NCBI GenBank assembly: GCA_016748015.1
Contig: JAAOMT010000071.1
Span: 186,001 to 250,000 of the forward strand
From: Geosiphon pyriformis uo1
Lineage: Eukaryota; Fungi; Glomeromycota
DNA: 64,000 bases
Direction of reading: 5' to 3'
The position numbers were made by a program, and so were the translations under genes. Positions 23,783-37,410 of the stretch are shown here, in pieces (position 1 is the stretch's first letter; the number at the start of each line of letters is the position of its first letter). The notes below the pieces were generated by a model. The model made no database searches, was not told the origin of the DNA, and was given only the letters and a program-made list of their open reading frames with translations.

Positions 23783-25624
23783 ATGAGTGGTACTGGTATT
23801 AAAAGAAGGTTGACCAGAGTTCCAACTTCTGGTTCAGTTGGTAGTGGTTCAAGTTATACAACCAAAAAAGCTCCCAGTGGTGCTAAGCTCTCAAGTAATA
23901 GTGCAACTCTCAAAAGTAGTGGGTCTGGTCAGGTGGTCAGGCAGTTTAATAGCATAGATACTGATGGAAAAGCTTCTGATGACAGAGGAGTATCTGATTC
24001 CAAGATGAATACACCCCAAGCCAAGCATTTCAATAATGGTGTGGTTATTGGCTCTCCCCTCAGCTCTATTATTTACAATATGGAGAAGAAAGAAGAAGTT
24101 TCTCTTTCCCCCTGTATGTTTTTCTTTTTAGATAAGGTGTGGATTGATTCCAAAATTATTAAAACTCAGATGGAAGTAGCTGTGAAGAAATCTTTTGCTT
24201 TGGACATCAATTTTTCGGCTGTAGAAAGGAAATTGACAACAGTCAAAATTCAAGTTATAAGAAAATTATTTTCTGGAATCAATGGTTTTGGGGGGGCCAC
24301 TACCCTCTCAAAATTTAAAGGGATCATCTGATTGACGTTTACTTTATCAGAAAGCATGGAAAAGACCGCATCACTGGCCAGGGAAAATAACATTATAGTA
24401 AATAGTGATCTTAGAAGACAAGAAATTCGCTCAGATCGGGCCATAGTAATCAAGGAAATTCTCATGGATATGCCAAAAGAAATAATTGTTACTGCAGTAT
24501 CCGAGTTTGGTCAAGTGGTGTCAATCTGATTGCAACTCATTGGGCTGTAGCAAAAGGCTGTGGTGGAGTTTGCCAAATTGAGTCAGGCAGATCAGTTGGC
24601 AGCTAAGTGGTTATTCTTAATTGGGAAAGATTCAGTGCATGTGGCCAAAGCTGTGAGAGATCATGAGACATGGACATCTAAAGATCAGTATAGGGTGCTT
24701 TTGTTTATGTTGCCAGTAAGAACAACAGCTCATAATCTTGGTGATCTTTTGGCAGAAGCTGGTAGAAAAACTTGTGTCATAAATCAATCCTTAGACACTG
24801 GCAATAAGGTTCGTTGTGCTGTGGTTTGTTTTGAGAATGACGAGGTATTGGAGTCTGCATTTTATATGGAGTCTATTTTTGGTGGGGTGAAACTGTCTTG
24901 GGCTAGATTAGACATGGTTCGGTGTGAACAGTATGGGAAACTTGATCATTTTGTTCTAGAGTGTAATGCTGAGACCTTAACTTCTCCTAAACTTTCCAAG
25001 TCATTTAAAAGAATTGTCTCTGATGAGAACTGCCTCCAGTTGGCCAAGCTGTATGCAAAAAAGAGTGTGCCTATTTCTAGACCAGTTGCATTTGGTGGCA
25101 AATCATGGGCCCAGATTGTCTCTCTAGTATCTTCATCTAATGGTTTTCACTTTGGTTCTGGTCCTGGTTTTGGCTCTTTTTTTAGTGCCTCAGGTGTGGT
25201 TGGTCATTTGTCTTTTGCAGATCCTGTTAATTCATTTTTGGAAACTTGTTTTGCTTCTTTGGAGCATTCTTTGGAACTTCTCACAGATAAGGTGTCTGGT
25301 ATTATAGACAAACTTGACAATTTAAACCTGGTGCCCTTGGCTCTTGCCTTCTCTTCTCAGCCTTTGATTGTCTCTGATATGACAAATATGAAATTTGGTT
25401 CAGATATGGTTTTGGATGAACCTAAGTCTGTGGTTCTTCCTCCCTCTTTGGTTTCCTCTGGTGTCTCAAGTTTGGATTTGAGTAGTTCAAAAATTTTGAC
25501 TTCAAAAGTGGGCTGTTTGGAGTCAAAGTTGATGGCTCTCAAAGCTTTGGTTTGTTCGGTATTGGAGAAGTTAGATCAGATGTGTGTTGGCTCGAGTTCT
25601 GCGGTTTTTTTTGTATCTCAATGA
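23783..25624 (+). pseudogene. LINE-2nd ORF1
   Basis: Fragments 23666-24331, 24332-24529 and 24560-25624 are homologous to LINE-1st ORF1 (KSFALDI, INGFGGATT, AFGGKSWA). Confidence 0.85.
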
Positions 25625-28600
25625 ATGATTTAGTATGGAATATAGCCACGTGTAATGTCAGAGGCATGAACAATTCAGTGAAGCAAGAGGACATTATACA
25701 CTGGCACAGGGGTGTGAACAATTTGATTTCTATTTGTACTAAGACTAAACTTAAGAGGCGGGTTCACTCTTGGATAGCCAACAAATTTTCTGGTGTTCGT
25801 GTATTTGTTTCTGGTGTGGACTCTGGTCATCTTGGCTCGGGTGTGGCGATTGTTCTAAATGAATCTTTGGCAAAGCATGTGTATAAGGTTTCTGAGGTCC
25901 CTGGTCAGCTTATATCCATCAAACTGCTTTTTAAGAATAAAATCTCTGTGTCTGTTTTGGGTCTGTATGCTGGTGCTTCTTCGGCAACATGGTTTTCTCA
26001 GGCTGCTGATGTCAATTCTTTTATAGCAAGAGCTGTGAACAAATCATCTTTTGTCATTCTTGGTGGTGATTTTAATAAGGATGGTTCTCGTAAGTGTGCT
26101 AGTTTCAGGAAGTGTTCCAATCTGGGTTTGGTCAATGCTTTGAGTGGGAGCTTGTTTACAAATTCACCTACATGGTGCAATTCTTGTGGTGTTTCTAAAA
26201 TAATCGATTACATGTTCGTCTCTTTTGGTTTGATCAATGCAATAGTGGATCATGGCGTGGTTAATGTTGATGAATTCTTTGATACTGATCACAAAGCTGT
26301 ATCAATTTCCACAAGTTTGAGTGGCTTGTTGGATGTGCGGCTTTCCTTTTTGTGCAAGCAGGTGAACAAAGATCATTGGAAATTCAATGTCAGAAACATT
26401 ACTGATTTAAAGTGGCTGGATTTTAAGGTTTTGATGACTGCTAATGTGTCTGTGTTTTTAGATGAGTTTGCTGTGGCTAAGAGCTCTTCAGATCTAGATT
26501 CAATGTGGGATGTTATTCGTAAGATTGTGGTTCTTTCTGCTGGTAGTACATTTAAAAAAAAGTGGTTTAAAGGTTATAATAGTATTTATACTAAGAAGTC
26601 CTCTAGGTTTCATAAGTTAGAACTGCTGGTTTCCAAGCTGGTGAAGACTTCTCATTTGGCATCTAGTGATGAATTTGCTTTGCTCTTGAGCATGTGGGAC
26701 AGTCTTAATCCAATTAGTGTTGCGGCAACAAAATCAATCTTTCTCTTAGGTGCTAGTTTTGATGTTATTTGTTCTTTGCTGGCTAAGGTGAGAAAGTTTT
26801 ATCATTCTTTCAAGCTTATGGAATCCAAGTGTGTGGAGGAGTTTCAGATTAAATAGGCTATTACCAGGCAGATGGAAAGTTTTGAGTCAAACAAAGATCA
26901 TACAATCAGAAATGTGTTAAAGCGTCCTTTTCGCAAAGTTGTATTGGACCATATTGTGGTTGGTGACGAATTGGTCTTGGAACTTGTGTTGGTTAAGTCT
27001 AAGGTAGATGAGATTATGGAGGGCTGGATGCGGAAGCATGAGATGGTTTCTGATATCTTTGGTAATTGGGCTTGCCAATATTAGCCTCTGGATTACATTT
27101 TTGATGAAGCTTTTGCCAGTGTAATGGGTCTGATTGATTTTGATGAGATGTTGGTGGTTATTTTGGATTTATCTGATAAGAAGACGGCTGGTCTTTCTGG
27201 TATATCTAATGAGTTGTGGAAACACTGCAATAAATTAGTTTTGAATATAGTTTTGGTGCTCCTGAATTGTTGTTTGGTCTGCGAGTCAGTTCCTGGGCCT
27301 TGGAGAGAAGCTTGGGTTTCCATAATTCCTAAACCCTATAACTGGAAAGGTGTTCTCACGAATACCCATCCTATTGCTTTGATTGAAACAGCCTGCAAAG
27401 TTCTTTCCAAAATTCTTTCAGATAAAATTTCATTGGCTTGTAGCAAGTTTGACATCTTGCATGGAGACAATTTTTCTGTTTTGAAAGGTACAACTACACA
27501 GTCTCCAATCTTTGCCATTGGTTTTGTGATTGAGGATGCCTTGGAGAAGAATCGAGAACTATGGTTGGTTTTGCAGGACATGTGCAAAGCCTATGATTTT
27601 GTTGGTTGGTAGTATCTTAGAGGGAGTTTAGTTAGAATCAAGATGTGTGACAGCTTTATTAGGTTTTTTGGCTCCATTTACAATGGTCGTATTAACAGGA
27701 TAATGACAGATTTTGGTTTGACAGATGAGTATCACATACATGATGGCTTGGACCAAGGGGAGGTTTTTTTGCCACTTTTTTGGCACATATTTTATGATCT
27801 GCTTCTTTGTGAAGTTAAAAGACAAGAGTCTGTATGTGGCTATAGATTGAATTCTCATTTTGTTTCCAAAGCTGGCCGAATGGAATCTCAAGCTAGACTG
27901 ACATCATTTCTGGCTGCTGGTGCTTTTGTTGATAATACGATTTGAGTTGGCAATAGCCAGTTGGCTACTCAACACATCCTTAATATTGCTAGTGATTTCT
28001 TCAGAATTAATGACATTTTGATAAATAATAAGAAAACTGTGGCCATCCTTATTAACTGCTGGGTGGTGAATTCTGCTCTTAATATAAGTGGCTTGCCTAT
28101 CTCTGTTGCTAAAAAGGGGGAATCTTATCGCTATCTGGGAATCTTTCTATCTTCTGAAGGTTTATCTAGGCCTAGCTTGGTTAAAGCACATTCGGATGTT
28201 CAGTTTTTTACCAATATTGTCTTAAGAAAAACAATTTCGAATAAAAAATTTGCATATTTGGTGTTAGCAGTTTTTGTTCCTATTATCAGCTACAGGACTC
28301 AGTTCAGTTTTGTTCCTATCAGCATGTGTAACAAATGGGATGCTCTCATTTACAAGGGTTTGAAATCTAAGTCTGGTCTGCCATTTGATTTTTCCAATGA
28401 CGCACTGCACCACCCTTTTTTGTACAGTTTGAAAACATTTGAACAGGTTCAGGCTGAGAGTAAATCAGTTTTTGTTGTTTCTTTTGTGAATTCAGTTGGT
28501 GTTTTGGGTCAGTTGTTTGCCCACTGATGCCATGATCTCCAGGTTCTCAGCTGGTGCCCTCGCCATCTATTAGTATTCTCATCTTATATTAGAGTTGATT

Positions 28601-30306
28601 CTTCAAATAATTTTTTGGCTGGTGTGGTCTATGTTTTTTCTGATTACAATTTGTCCTTGGGCAGCTCGGTGGCCAGTGTATTTTGCCTTCAGTCTGGTAC
28701 TCCTTTATCTTTTGTGCTTAGTAATAACACATTTTTCAGATGTGTTTTCTCACTTCGCTAGTATAATGTTGCATTTATGAAATAGCTTCAAGATTGTAAT
28801 GGTGCTGTTTTTAGTTGGTTAATCTTCAAACGGTGGAAAAAGTTGGACCCCCACGGCCCCATTCCGTCTTGGTATAATATTGCCATTTGTTTTATTGCTG
28901 ATACAGCCTTTTTTTCTGTTGGTTCCCCATTCTTGGATGGCTGTACACATTGTGACATTCTTCGGTCCTGTGAGTTTGGTGTGGTCAGTTTCAATCTGTT
29001 GAATACTACATCTTCTTGTCTTTCTGTGTATACAGATGGTTCCTTATGTGGGCTGGGAACTCTTGATATGAAAGCTGGTGCGGTGTTTTTTGAGGACCTT
29101 AATTTAGGTTTGGGTGTGAGTGTGTCTGGCTTGGTCTCTTCTACATTAGCCGAATTACAAACCATTGCTTTGGTTCTAGAATGTGTTTTTTCTCTTAGTT
29201 CTGTTGACCTGTTTTCTGACAGTCAGGCTGCTTTGGATGCATGTGTTTCAGAATCTGTTTTGTTTCATCTGAATTTCAGGAATCGGTGTTGGATCAAACA
29301 CTGCCACATTGCTAATGTTATTCATTGTAAAAGATTGGACGTAAATTGGGTTAAAGTCAAAGGTTATTCTGGCATGTTGGGCAATGAGCATGCTGATGCT
29401 TTAGCTAAGATTGCTGCTTTTTCTGACTTTCACCTATCTTCTTCAATCAGTAAGCAGTTTTTAATGGCTGGTAGTACTGTGGTATCTGGTAATTCTAAAC
29501 ATTTTGTCTGTGACATTTTCCAATCAGTTTATTGTGCATGTTAGGAGATGGATTTGGGCTCTCAGGTCATAATGGGAAGTTTGCATTCGGACATTGATTG
29601 GTTCAGGTCTTTTTTGGTGTGGCATCCAAATTTTCATTTGGCTGCTGGTTTTACTAGTAAGCATACTGTTAACGGTTGGACATATTTCATGAAGGTACTG
29701 CATTATCAGCTTTCTATAGCTGTATGGAAATGGTTGTATAATAGGTGCTATCCCAGCATAATATGTCTTTATTGTGGTGATGTTGAGGTTTCCAACCACG
29801 TGTTTTTCTGCCCGTTTGATGTTTCTGCTCGCACTTGGTTGGTCGATGTTCATGCATCTGCTTGGAAAGATTACACTGGTTTATCTTGTTCCTCCTTATG
29901 TGTCTTACAGTTGTTGTCAATGTGTGTTTCTGATGTTGTGATTAGCATGGCTCTTTGTAAAGATTTTGTTTTTAATGATTGGTACTGTGAGTCACTTTCT
30001 GTTTTTAAAGATTCTAAGGTGATGGCTCTAACTATTGTGGACTTTGTGTGAAAATTTTGTCTCACTTTTCGGAAGGAGATTTGGTTGGTTTGTGCCAAAC
30101 ACAGGTCTCTTATAGAGGAAAATGGTTTGATTCTGCATGATAGTTCTCTATCCTTTCCAGTGTTAGGCCCTCCTAAGCTATTTTCAGATAATGTGGTTAA
30201 GTTATTAGGTGTCACTGATACTTTTGGTATTAGTTTTGGGTTTTGTAAATATTGTTGGTTTTTTTCTGGTATAGGTGATATGGTTTCTGTTCATATAGAT
30301 ATATAG
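25621..30306 (+). pseudogene. LINE-2nd ORF2 (APE-RT-RNase H-CCHC)
   Basis: ATCNVRG, GGDFN, QDMCKAYD, GLDQGE, AFVDN, YTDGS and CLYCGDVEVSNHVFFC; multiple transition-derived stops. Confidence 0.9.
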
Positions 30307-30846
30307 TGTTGTTCTGATTAGCTTGAGTGGCTGGTCACGTGTAGAAAATGCATGATTCACACCTAGTTTAGATCATTTGTATAATGTATAGTTCAAAGTA
30401 GCATTTGGACTTCACTTATTAAATATAAAAAAAAAAAAAATAGTTTATTAAATAATAAATTAATAATATTGGTGTTTTTTTATAAATTAAGTTAAATAGT
30501 ATGTGTTTTATTATATTAAAAAAATATATTTTTTTGTTAATAATTTATATAATATTATGTTAAAATATTTTATAAATTTATTTGTTTAAAAATAATATAA
30601 TAAAAATAAAAGTTTTTTAACATTAAATAAATTTAATTACAAAAAAATTTTTACTGTTATTATAATATATTGATTTTTTAATTGTAATAAATATTAATTA
30701 AATTAAATTAGTTTTAGATTATATAAAAAAAACTTCTTTCTCTCTTACCTCTACAAATCCTTAAAAAGCACATTTTTTGAAAAAGAAGTTTTTTTGTTTT
30801 TTTAGTCTATATCAATATTTTTTTACTTAATAGTAACCCATTTTTT

Positions 30847-32726
30847 GTGAATATAAAGACTACTGCTAGTAGCATCACACCTAAAAAGAAGGCTCCTAAG
30901 AGTGCTTTTCATGGTTCTGCTAGTGGCTCTTTTTCTCAGAAGAAAAAAGTTGTTCTTGATAATGTAAAACATTCTGGTGATAAAAGAGATATATTCTTGA
31001 GCAAATCTGGATCTAGTGACAGTGTTTATTCTGATGTGAAGAGTCTATCTGATGAGGATGAGGATGTTAGCATGTCTGGGACAAATAATGGGTCTCTTTT
31101 GGATTCAGCTGCTACTACACCCAAGGCAAAGTAAGTTAACACTGGTGCTGGTTTTGGTTTTCTGCTCGGCTCTCTTAATTTTCATATGGATGATGATAAA
31201 GTTGTGTTCCCTCTTCACTTGTCTATCTTTTTAGAAAAAAAGTGGATTGATCTTAAAATTATCAAGACTCTTGTGGAAGTGTCAATTAGAAAGTCATTTG
31301 CTTTGGATATTAATCTCTCAGCTATAGAAGGTAAATTAGCAATGGCAAAGACTCAGTTAATTAAGAAAATTTTTTCAACAGTCAATGGTTTTGGGAAGGC
31401 CACTACTCTCTCAAAATTTGAAGGGATCATCTGATCAACATTTACATTAGAAAAAAGCATGGAGATGGTTGTATCATTGGCCAGAAAAAAAGAGATCGAT
31501 GTAAACAGTGATCTTAAGAAACAAGAAATAAGGTCAGATCAGGTTGTGATGATTAAGAAAATTCCCATGGACATGTCTAAGGACATGATCATTGCTGCAA
31601 TATCCGAATTTGGGGAAATTAAGTCAATCAAAATTCAACTGATGGGAATGTGACAAAAGGCTATAATGAAGTTTGCTAAATCAGACCAAGCTAATTTGTT
31701 GGCCTTAAAATAGTCATTCTTGATTGGTAAAAACTCTGTGCATATAGCCAAAGCAGTAGGGGATCATGAGACCTGGATGTCAAGGGATCAGTTCAGGGCA
31801 CTGTTGTTTACTCTGTCAGTGGGAATGACAGCACATGATCTTGGGACTCTTCTGAAAAAGGCTGATGGGAAAACTTGTGTCATAAACAAATCTCTGGGAA
31901 CTGGCAATAGGATTTACTGTACAATAGTTGGTTTTGAATCTGATAATAATCTAGAATTTACCTTTTGCACAAAGCTAATTCTTGGTGGTATTAGACTTTC
32001 TTGGACAAGGATGGATCTAATTTGGTGTGAGAGATGCAGAAAGTTTGGTCATTCTGCTCTGGAATATAATGTATCTGTTGCAACCAGCTCTAAGTCTTTA
32101 AAAAAACCATTTATAAAGGTTGTATCTGATGAACATCATCTTCAGTTGGCTAAGTTGTATGAGAAAAAGAGTGTTCCAATATCTTGCTCTGCTGCTTTTG
32201 GTGGTAAGTCTTGGGCCCAGGTGGTCTCACTTGCTGGTTCTTCTGATGGTTTTCACTTTGCTTCTGGTTCTGGTTCCTCTCTTTCTGACACCTCAGGTTT
32301 GAATAACAGTATTCTTCCTGTCTTGGTTGACAATTTGTCTTTAGATGCTTATTTGGCCTCTTTGGAATGATTCTTAGAATTGCTAACTGACCAAGTCTCT
32401 GGCATTGTGCAAAAACTTAGCAACATGGAATTGGTGCCACGAGCTTCAACTCTCCCTCTAAAGTCTTAGCTACTTTGATTGCTGCCAAGGAGGATTTGGT
32501 TGTGGATATAGTCATGAATGATTCTGGATTGGTACTATCATCTCTCTCTTTTGCTTCTCCTAGTATCTTGACATTGGGTCTGAGTAGTTCAAAAGTCTTG
32601 ACTACTAAGGTTGGCTGTTTGAAATCTAAGTTGGTGGCTTTTAAGATCTCTATTGGTTCTGTTTTGGTAAAATTAGAGCTAATCTGTGCTGGTTTGAGTT
32701 TATTGGTCTCTTTTTCTTCTCAATGA
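30847..32726 (+). pseudogene. LINE-3rd ORF1
   Basis: Fragments with RKSFALDI, CERCRKFGH and AFGGKSWAQV. Confidence 0.8.
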
Positions 32727-35700
32727 GTGATTTGATCTGAAAGATAGCTACCTGTAACATTTGGGGTATCAATGTCTCTGCCAAGCAGAAGAACGTTGTT
32801 TGTTGGCATAAAAAATCTGGTAATATAGTTTCTATTATCATGAAAACAAAGTTAAGATCTAACATTAGGCCATGGATAGCCAATAAGTTTAATGGAGTAA
32901 GAATATTCTTGACGGGCTTGGATAAAAGCTTTCTTGGTACTGAAATAGCAATAATTATGGACAATAATCTGGCTCATCATGTGTGCAAAATTGAGGAAAT
33001 TTCAGGTTGGATTATTCTGGTGCGGCTTTTGTTCAAAGGCAAGCTTTCAGTTTCGATTTTGGATCTATATGCTAGTGTTTTAGCTTAAGCTAGATTCAGT
33101 CAAGTCCTGGAGATTAATGTATTTATTACTAAGGCTGTCAACTCTAGTACTTTCTTGGTTATTGGTGGAAATTTCAATAAGAATAGTTCAAGAAGAAGTA
33201 TATGTTTCAGGTTCTGTTCAGATTTGGGTTTGGTTAACTCACTCAGTGGATCTTCTTTGGTCAAGGCTCTTATATGGAGCAATTCTAGAGGGGTTGAGAA
33301 GACCATAGACTTTGTTTTTATTAGTGCAAGTTTGACTTCCATGATTACCAGATGTGCTGTTAGTTCTGTTTCAGAATTTTTTGAGTCTGATTATAAGGTG
33401 GTTTCAGTCTCAGTTGGTTTGGGTGGCCTTGTAGATGTTAATTTGAATGGCTTGCATAAGCAGACCAACAGAAACAAATAGAAGTTCAAAATTAAGTCAG
33501 CTAGTGATGATTAATGATTGCAATTCAGGAAGTGTTCTTCTAGTGAATTTCAGTTGAGATCTGTGGACTTTGACATCGCAAAAAAAGATGGTAATTTAGA
33601 TAAGATGTGAAACATTTTTAAGGAGGTGGTAGTTTGCTCTGCTGATTGAGTGTTTTCTAAGTTTTGGTTTAATGATTTTGAGTGTTCAAAAAATAAGGTT
33701 TTTTCAAAGTTTTTTAAGCTGGAATTATTAATCTCCAAGCTGGTAAAAGATCTGAGCTTGCATTGGAATCTGGTGGCTAACTGCTTTGTTAACATCTGAT
33801 CTGTTGTTGATTTTGAGGAAGCCTCCATATTTCACACCATGGTTAATAATGGTGCTGGTTGTGATGCAATTCTTGGCTATTTGTCAAGTGTCAAAAAAAG
33901 ATACCATAGGTCCAAGTATTTTGAATTCAGAAATGCCAGAGATGCTGCTATTAGAAAAGTGGTTAACAAGTGCATGGAAAATTTTTGTACTAACAAGGGC
34001 CGTATGATTAAAAGTGTTTTGAAATAGTCTTTTTGTAAGGTGGTTCTCAACCATTTAATGGTTGACAATAATTTAGTTTTGGAGCCTAGTAAAGTTAAAT
34101 CTACAGTCGACACTATCATGGAGGGTTGGATGAAAAAGCACACAATCCCTGATGTTCTGTCTGCTCGCTGGGCTGCCCAATATGCTCTCTTGAGTTATGT
34201 TGATGATAATGCTTTCTCAAAAGTTATGTGCAATATAGGGTCTAATGAATTTTTTCAAGTGGTTAAGTGTTTGCCTAATGGTAAGGCTGCTGGTTTGTCT
34301 GGCATTCCTAATGAGCTTTGAAAACATGGTAATGCAAAGGTTTTGAGTGGTTTGCTAAATATTCTCAATGTGTGTTTGGTATTAAGTGCAGTGTCTGTTC
34401 ATTGGAGATGTGCATGGGTGTTTATGATTTTGAAACCATATAATTGGGAGAGAACTCTTACAAACACCAAACCAATTGTTTTGGTTAAAACATCCCAGAA
34501 GATATTGTCTAAGATATTGTTTAACAGGATCTCTGTGGCTTGTAGTAGGTTTAATATTCTATGAGGTGACAATTTCTTGGTTTTGAAAGATACATCCACA
34601 CAGACCCCAATTTTTGCTATTGGTTTGATTGTTAAAGATGCTTTGGAGAAGAATAGGGAGCTGTGGCTGGTGCTTCAGGATATGTGAAAGACATATGATT
34701 CTGTTGAGTGGTTTTATCTGCATAATAGTCTGGTTAGGATCAAGATGTGTTCCTGTTTTATTAGTTTTTTGGTGGTCTACACAATGGCAGATTCAATTAA
34801 GTCATGACTGACTTTAGACTCACAGATGGTTATGTCATCCATGATGGTCTAGATCAAGGAGAAGTTTTCTCACCTTTGTTGTGAAAAATCTTTTATGATC
34901 CTTTGCTCTGTGAGATCAAGTGTTGTGATAATTTATTTGGGTATAGGTTGAATTCAAAATTTTTTACTAAATCTGGCAAGCCAGATTCTAGAGATGGCTT
35001 GACATTTTTTCTGGCTGCTGGGGCTTTTGTGGATAACACAATATGAATTAGTAACAGTATGACTGCTACTCAAAACATTTTAGATATAGCAAGTGAGTTT
35101 TTTGGGATCAATGACATCTCTATCAACATAAATAAGATGGTCACCATACTCATCAACATGAGAGTAGAGAATCCTCAATTGTTTATTAGTGGAGCTGCCA
35201 TTTCAATAGCAAAAAAAAAGGAACTACACAGATACTTGGACATCTTTTTGTCTACAGATGGTCTTTCCATACCCAATCTTGCCAAAGTGCATTCAGATGT
35301 TTGGTTTTTTACCAATCTAATATTGAGGAAGACCATTTCAGACAAGCAATTTTTGTATCTGATGTCTGTTGTGCTTTAGCCCATTGTTAGTTACAGGATC
35401 CAATTCAGCTATGTTTTGGCATGTGTATGTGAGAAATGGGATGGGCTGTTCAGAAAGGGGCTGAAAATCAAGACCAGCTTACCTAAAGATTTTCCTAATG
35501 AGACTTTATATCATTCTGAGATGTATGGTCTCAAATTTTTTAGCCAATTGCAGGCCAAAAATCTATTAGCCAGTGTGATTGGATTTGCCAACTCTGGTGG
35601 CGTCCTTGGCAGATTGTTTGAGCACAGAGCCATAGACCTACAGGCCATCAGCTAGATGCCCTGACAACTCCTTAGTTTTCCAGTTAAATTGTCTATTAAT

Positions 35701-37410
35701 CCAATCAATTGCTTTTTGGCCAGCATAACCAACACACTTGTGTTATGTGGGTTTTCATTGGTTAATAATATTTCTAATGTTTTCCAGTCTGGTGTTGGTG
35801 TTCCTGTTGCTGATGTTTTGGGTGTGGTACAATACTTAAGCATGATTGTCTCTTTAAGAAAATTTGGGATTGTGTTTGTGAATCAGCTTCTGGATCATAA
35901 TAACATGTGCTTTACTTGGAGCACTTTTCGCTGATAGAAAAGACTGGATCTCAGAGGTCAGATTTCTGGTTAGTTCGTTTCTTTAGTTTCATTTATTTCT
36001 AGTGGTAGTTTAGCTGGTGTTGGTGCTTTGGTCCATCATTTTGTTTCAGACATACACTTATGCAATTTTGGCTTTGCTAATAGTCATCTTGTTGAAAAAG
36101 GGCCTGGTGTTGTAAGTGTATACACAGATGGGTCAGTCAAAGGTTTGGGTTCTGCAGGCACTTGTGGTGGTGCCACTGCTTACTTTTCGGACATTGACTT
36201 GAGTGTAGAGATTAGAATATATGGTTTGTTTTTTTTGACTCTGGTGGAACTTCAGGCCATCACTCTTGCTTTGGAATGCATTCCAACTTCTAGCTCAGTT
36301 ATGTTGTTCACAAATAGCCAGGCTTCTTTGGACATGTGTGCTTTGTTGGTTAATTCTGTTGGTCCCAATTTTTGCAATAAATGCTAGATTGAAAAGGAAC
36401 ACATTTGTATCTTTATTGCTTCTAAGAGACTTTTAGTTTGTTGGAATAAAGTCAAGGACCACTCTGAGATGGTTGGTAACAAGCATACCAACTTTTTTGC
36501 TGATGCTGCTACTAAGTCTAAGTTTGTGCTGCCAGTTGGTATGACATGTTAATTTATTGCTATAAAAGGCCGACCTATTTCTGGGAACACTCGTCAGTTT
36601 ATATGGTGTCTATTTAATGCTGTTAATTTTGTTGGCTGGGAGTCCAAGTATATGAGTGGCATTGTTGATTTGAATCTTGTCGAACAATTTGATATGCGCC
36701 AAATCTTTCAAGTTTGGCACCCCAATAGTAGTATCTGCTCTGGCTTTTCCAGCTCTGTCATTGCAATGTTGAGATCTTACTTCATGAAAGCTCTTCATTA
36801 TAGGCTGCCTATGGCTGTGTAGAAAAAATGGTACAAATCGAGTTATCCTAGTGTGGTGTACATCTATTGTGGTTTGATTGAAGATTCTGATCATATGTTT
36901 TCATGTGTCTGAAATGCTGATGCCAAGTAAAAGTTGATTTTTGATACAATTAAGACATGGACTAGCTTGTCTGGAATCAGTGATGTTAATTGTGCTGTGA
37001 CTTGCTCCTTGCATAATACTGAACTGTCAGACGATTTGTATATACCCCTAGCCAAGAGTTTTGTGTTGAAGAAATGGGTGGCTGACACAGTGCGTTTGTT
37101 AAGCTCTGGATCTGATGAGAGTTTATTGGTCATTAATCTGGTCCGTAGGTTTGTGGAAGGTCATTGATCTTTTATTTGGATACCGACTGCCAAATTGAGG
37201 GTATATTATGAGAAACACGGCCTCTTGCCAAGGGATGGTTTTGTGTTTCCGATTGTATCTGGCCTGGTGTCTGTATGGTCTTGTAAAATAGTTTTTGATT
37301 TTGGAGTCAGGTTGGACATACATGTTTGTTTTGGTTTGTATTCTAGTTTAGTGAGCTTGCGTTTTGGTTTTCTGTATAACTTTCCTATGCTGGAAGGTTT
37401 GGGTACATAG
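32723..37410 (+). pseudogene. LINE-3rd ORF2 (APE-RT-RNase H)
   Basis: GGNFN, KTIDFVF, GKAAGLSGIPNEL and YTDGS fragments; many stops. Confidence 0.85.

Larger units (their letters stand above)
23646..30437 (+). mobile_element. Full-length LINE-2nd, related subfamily, more decayed
   Basis: TSD AAATAGTTTATTAAA at 23631-23645 and 30438-30452, poly(A), same domain order as LINE-1st. Confidence 0.95.
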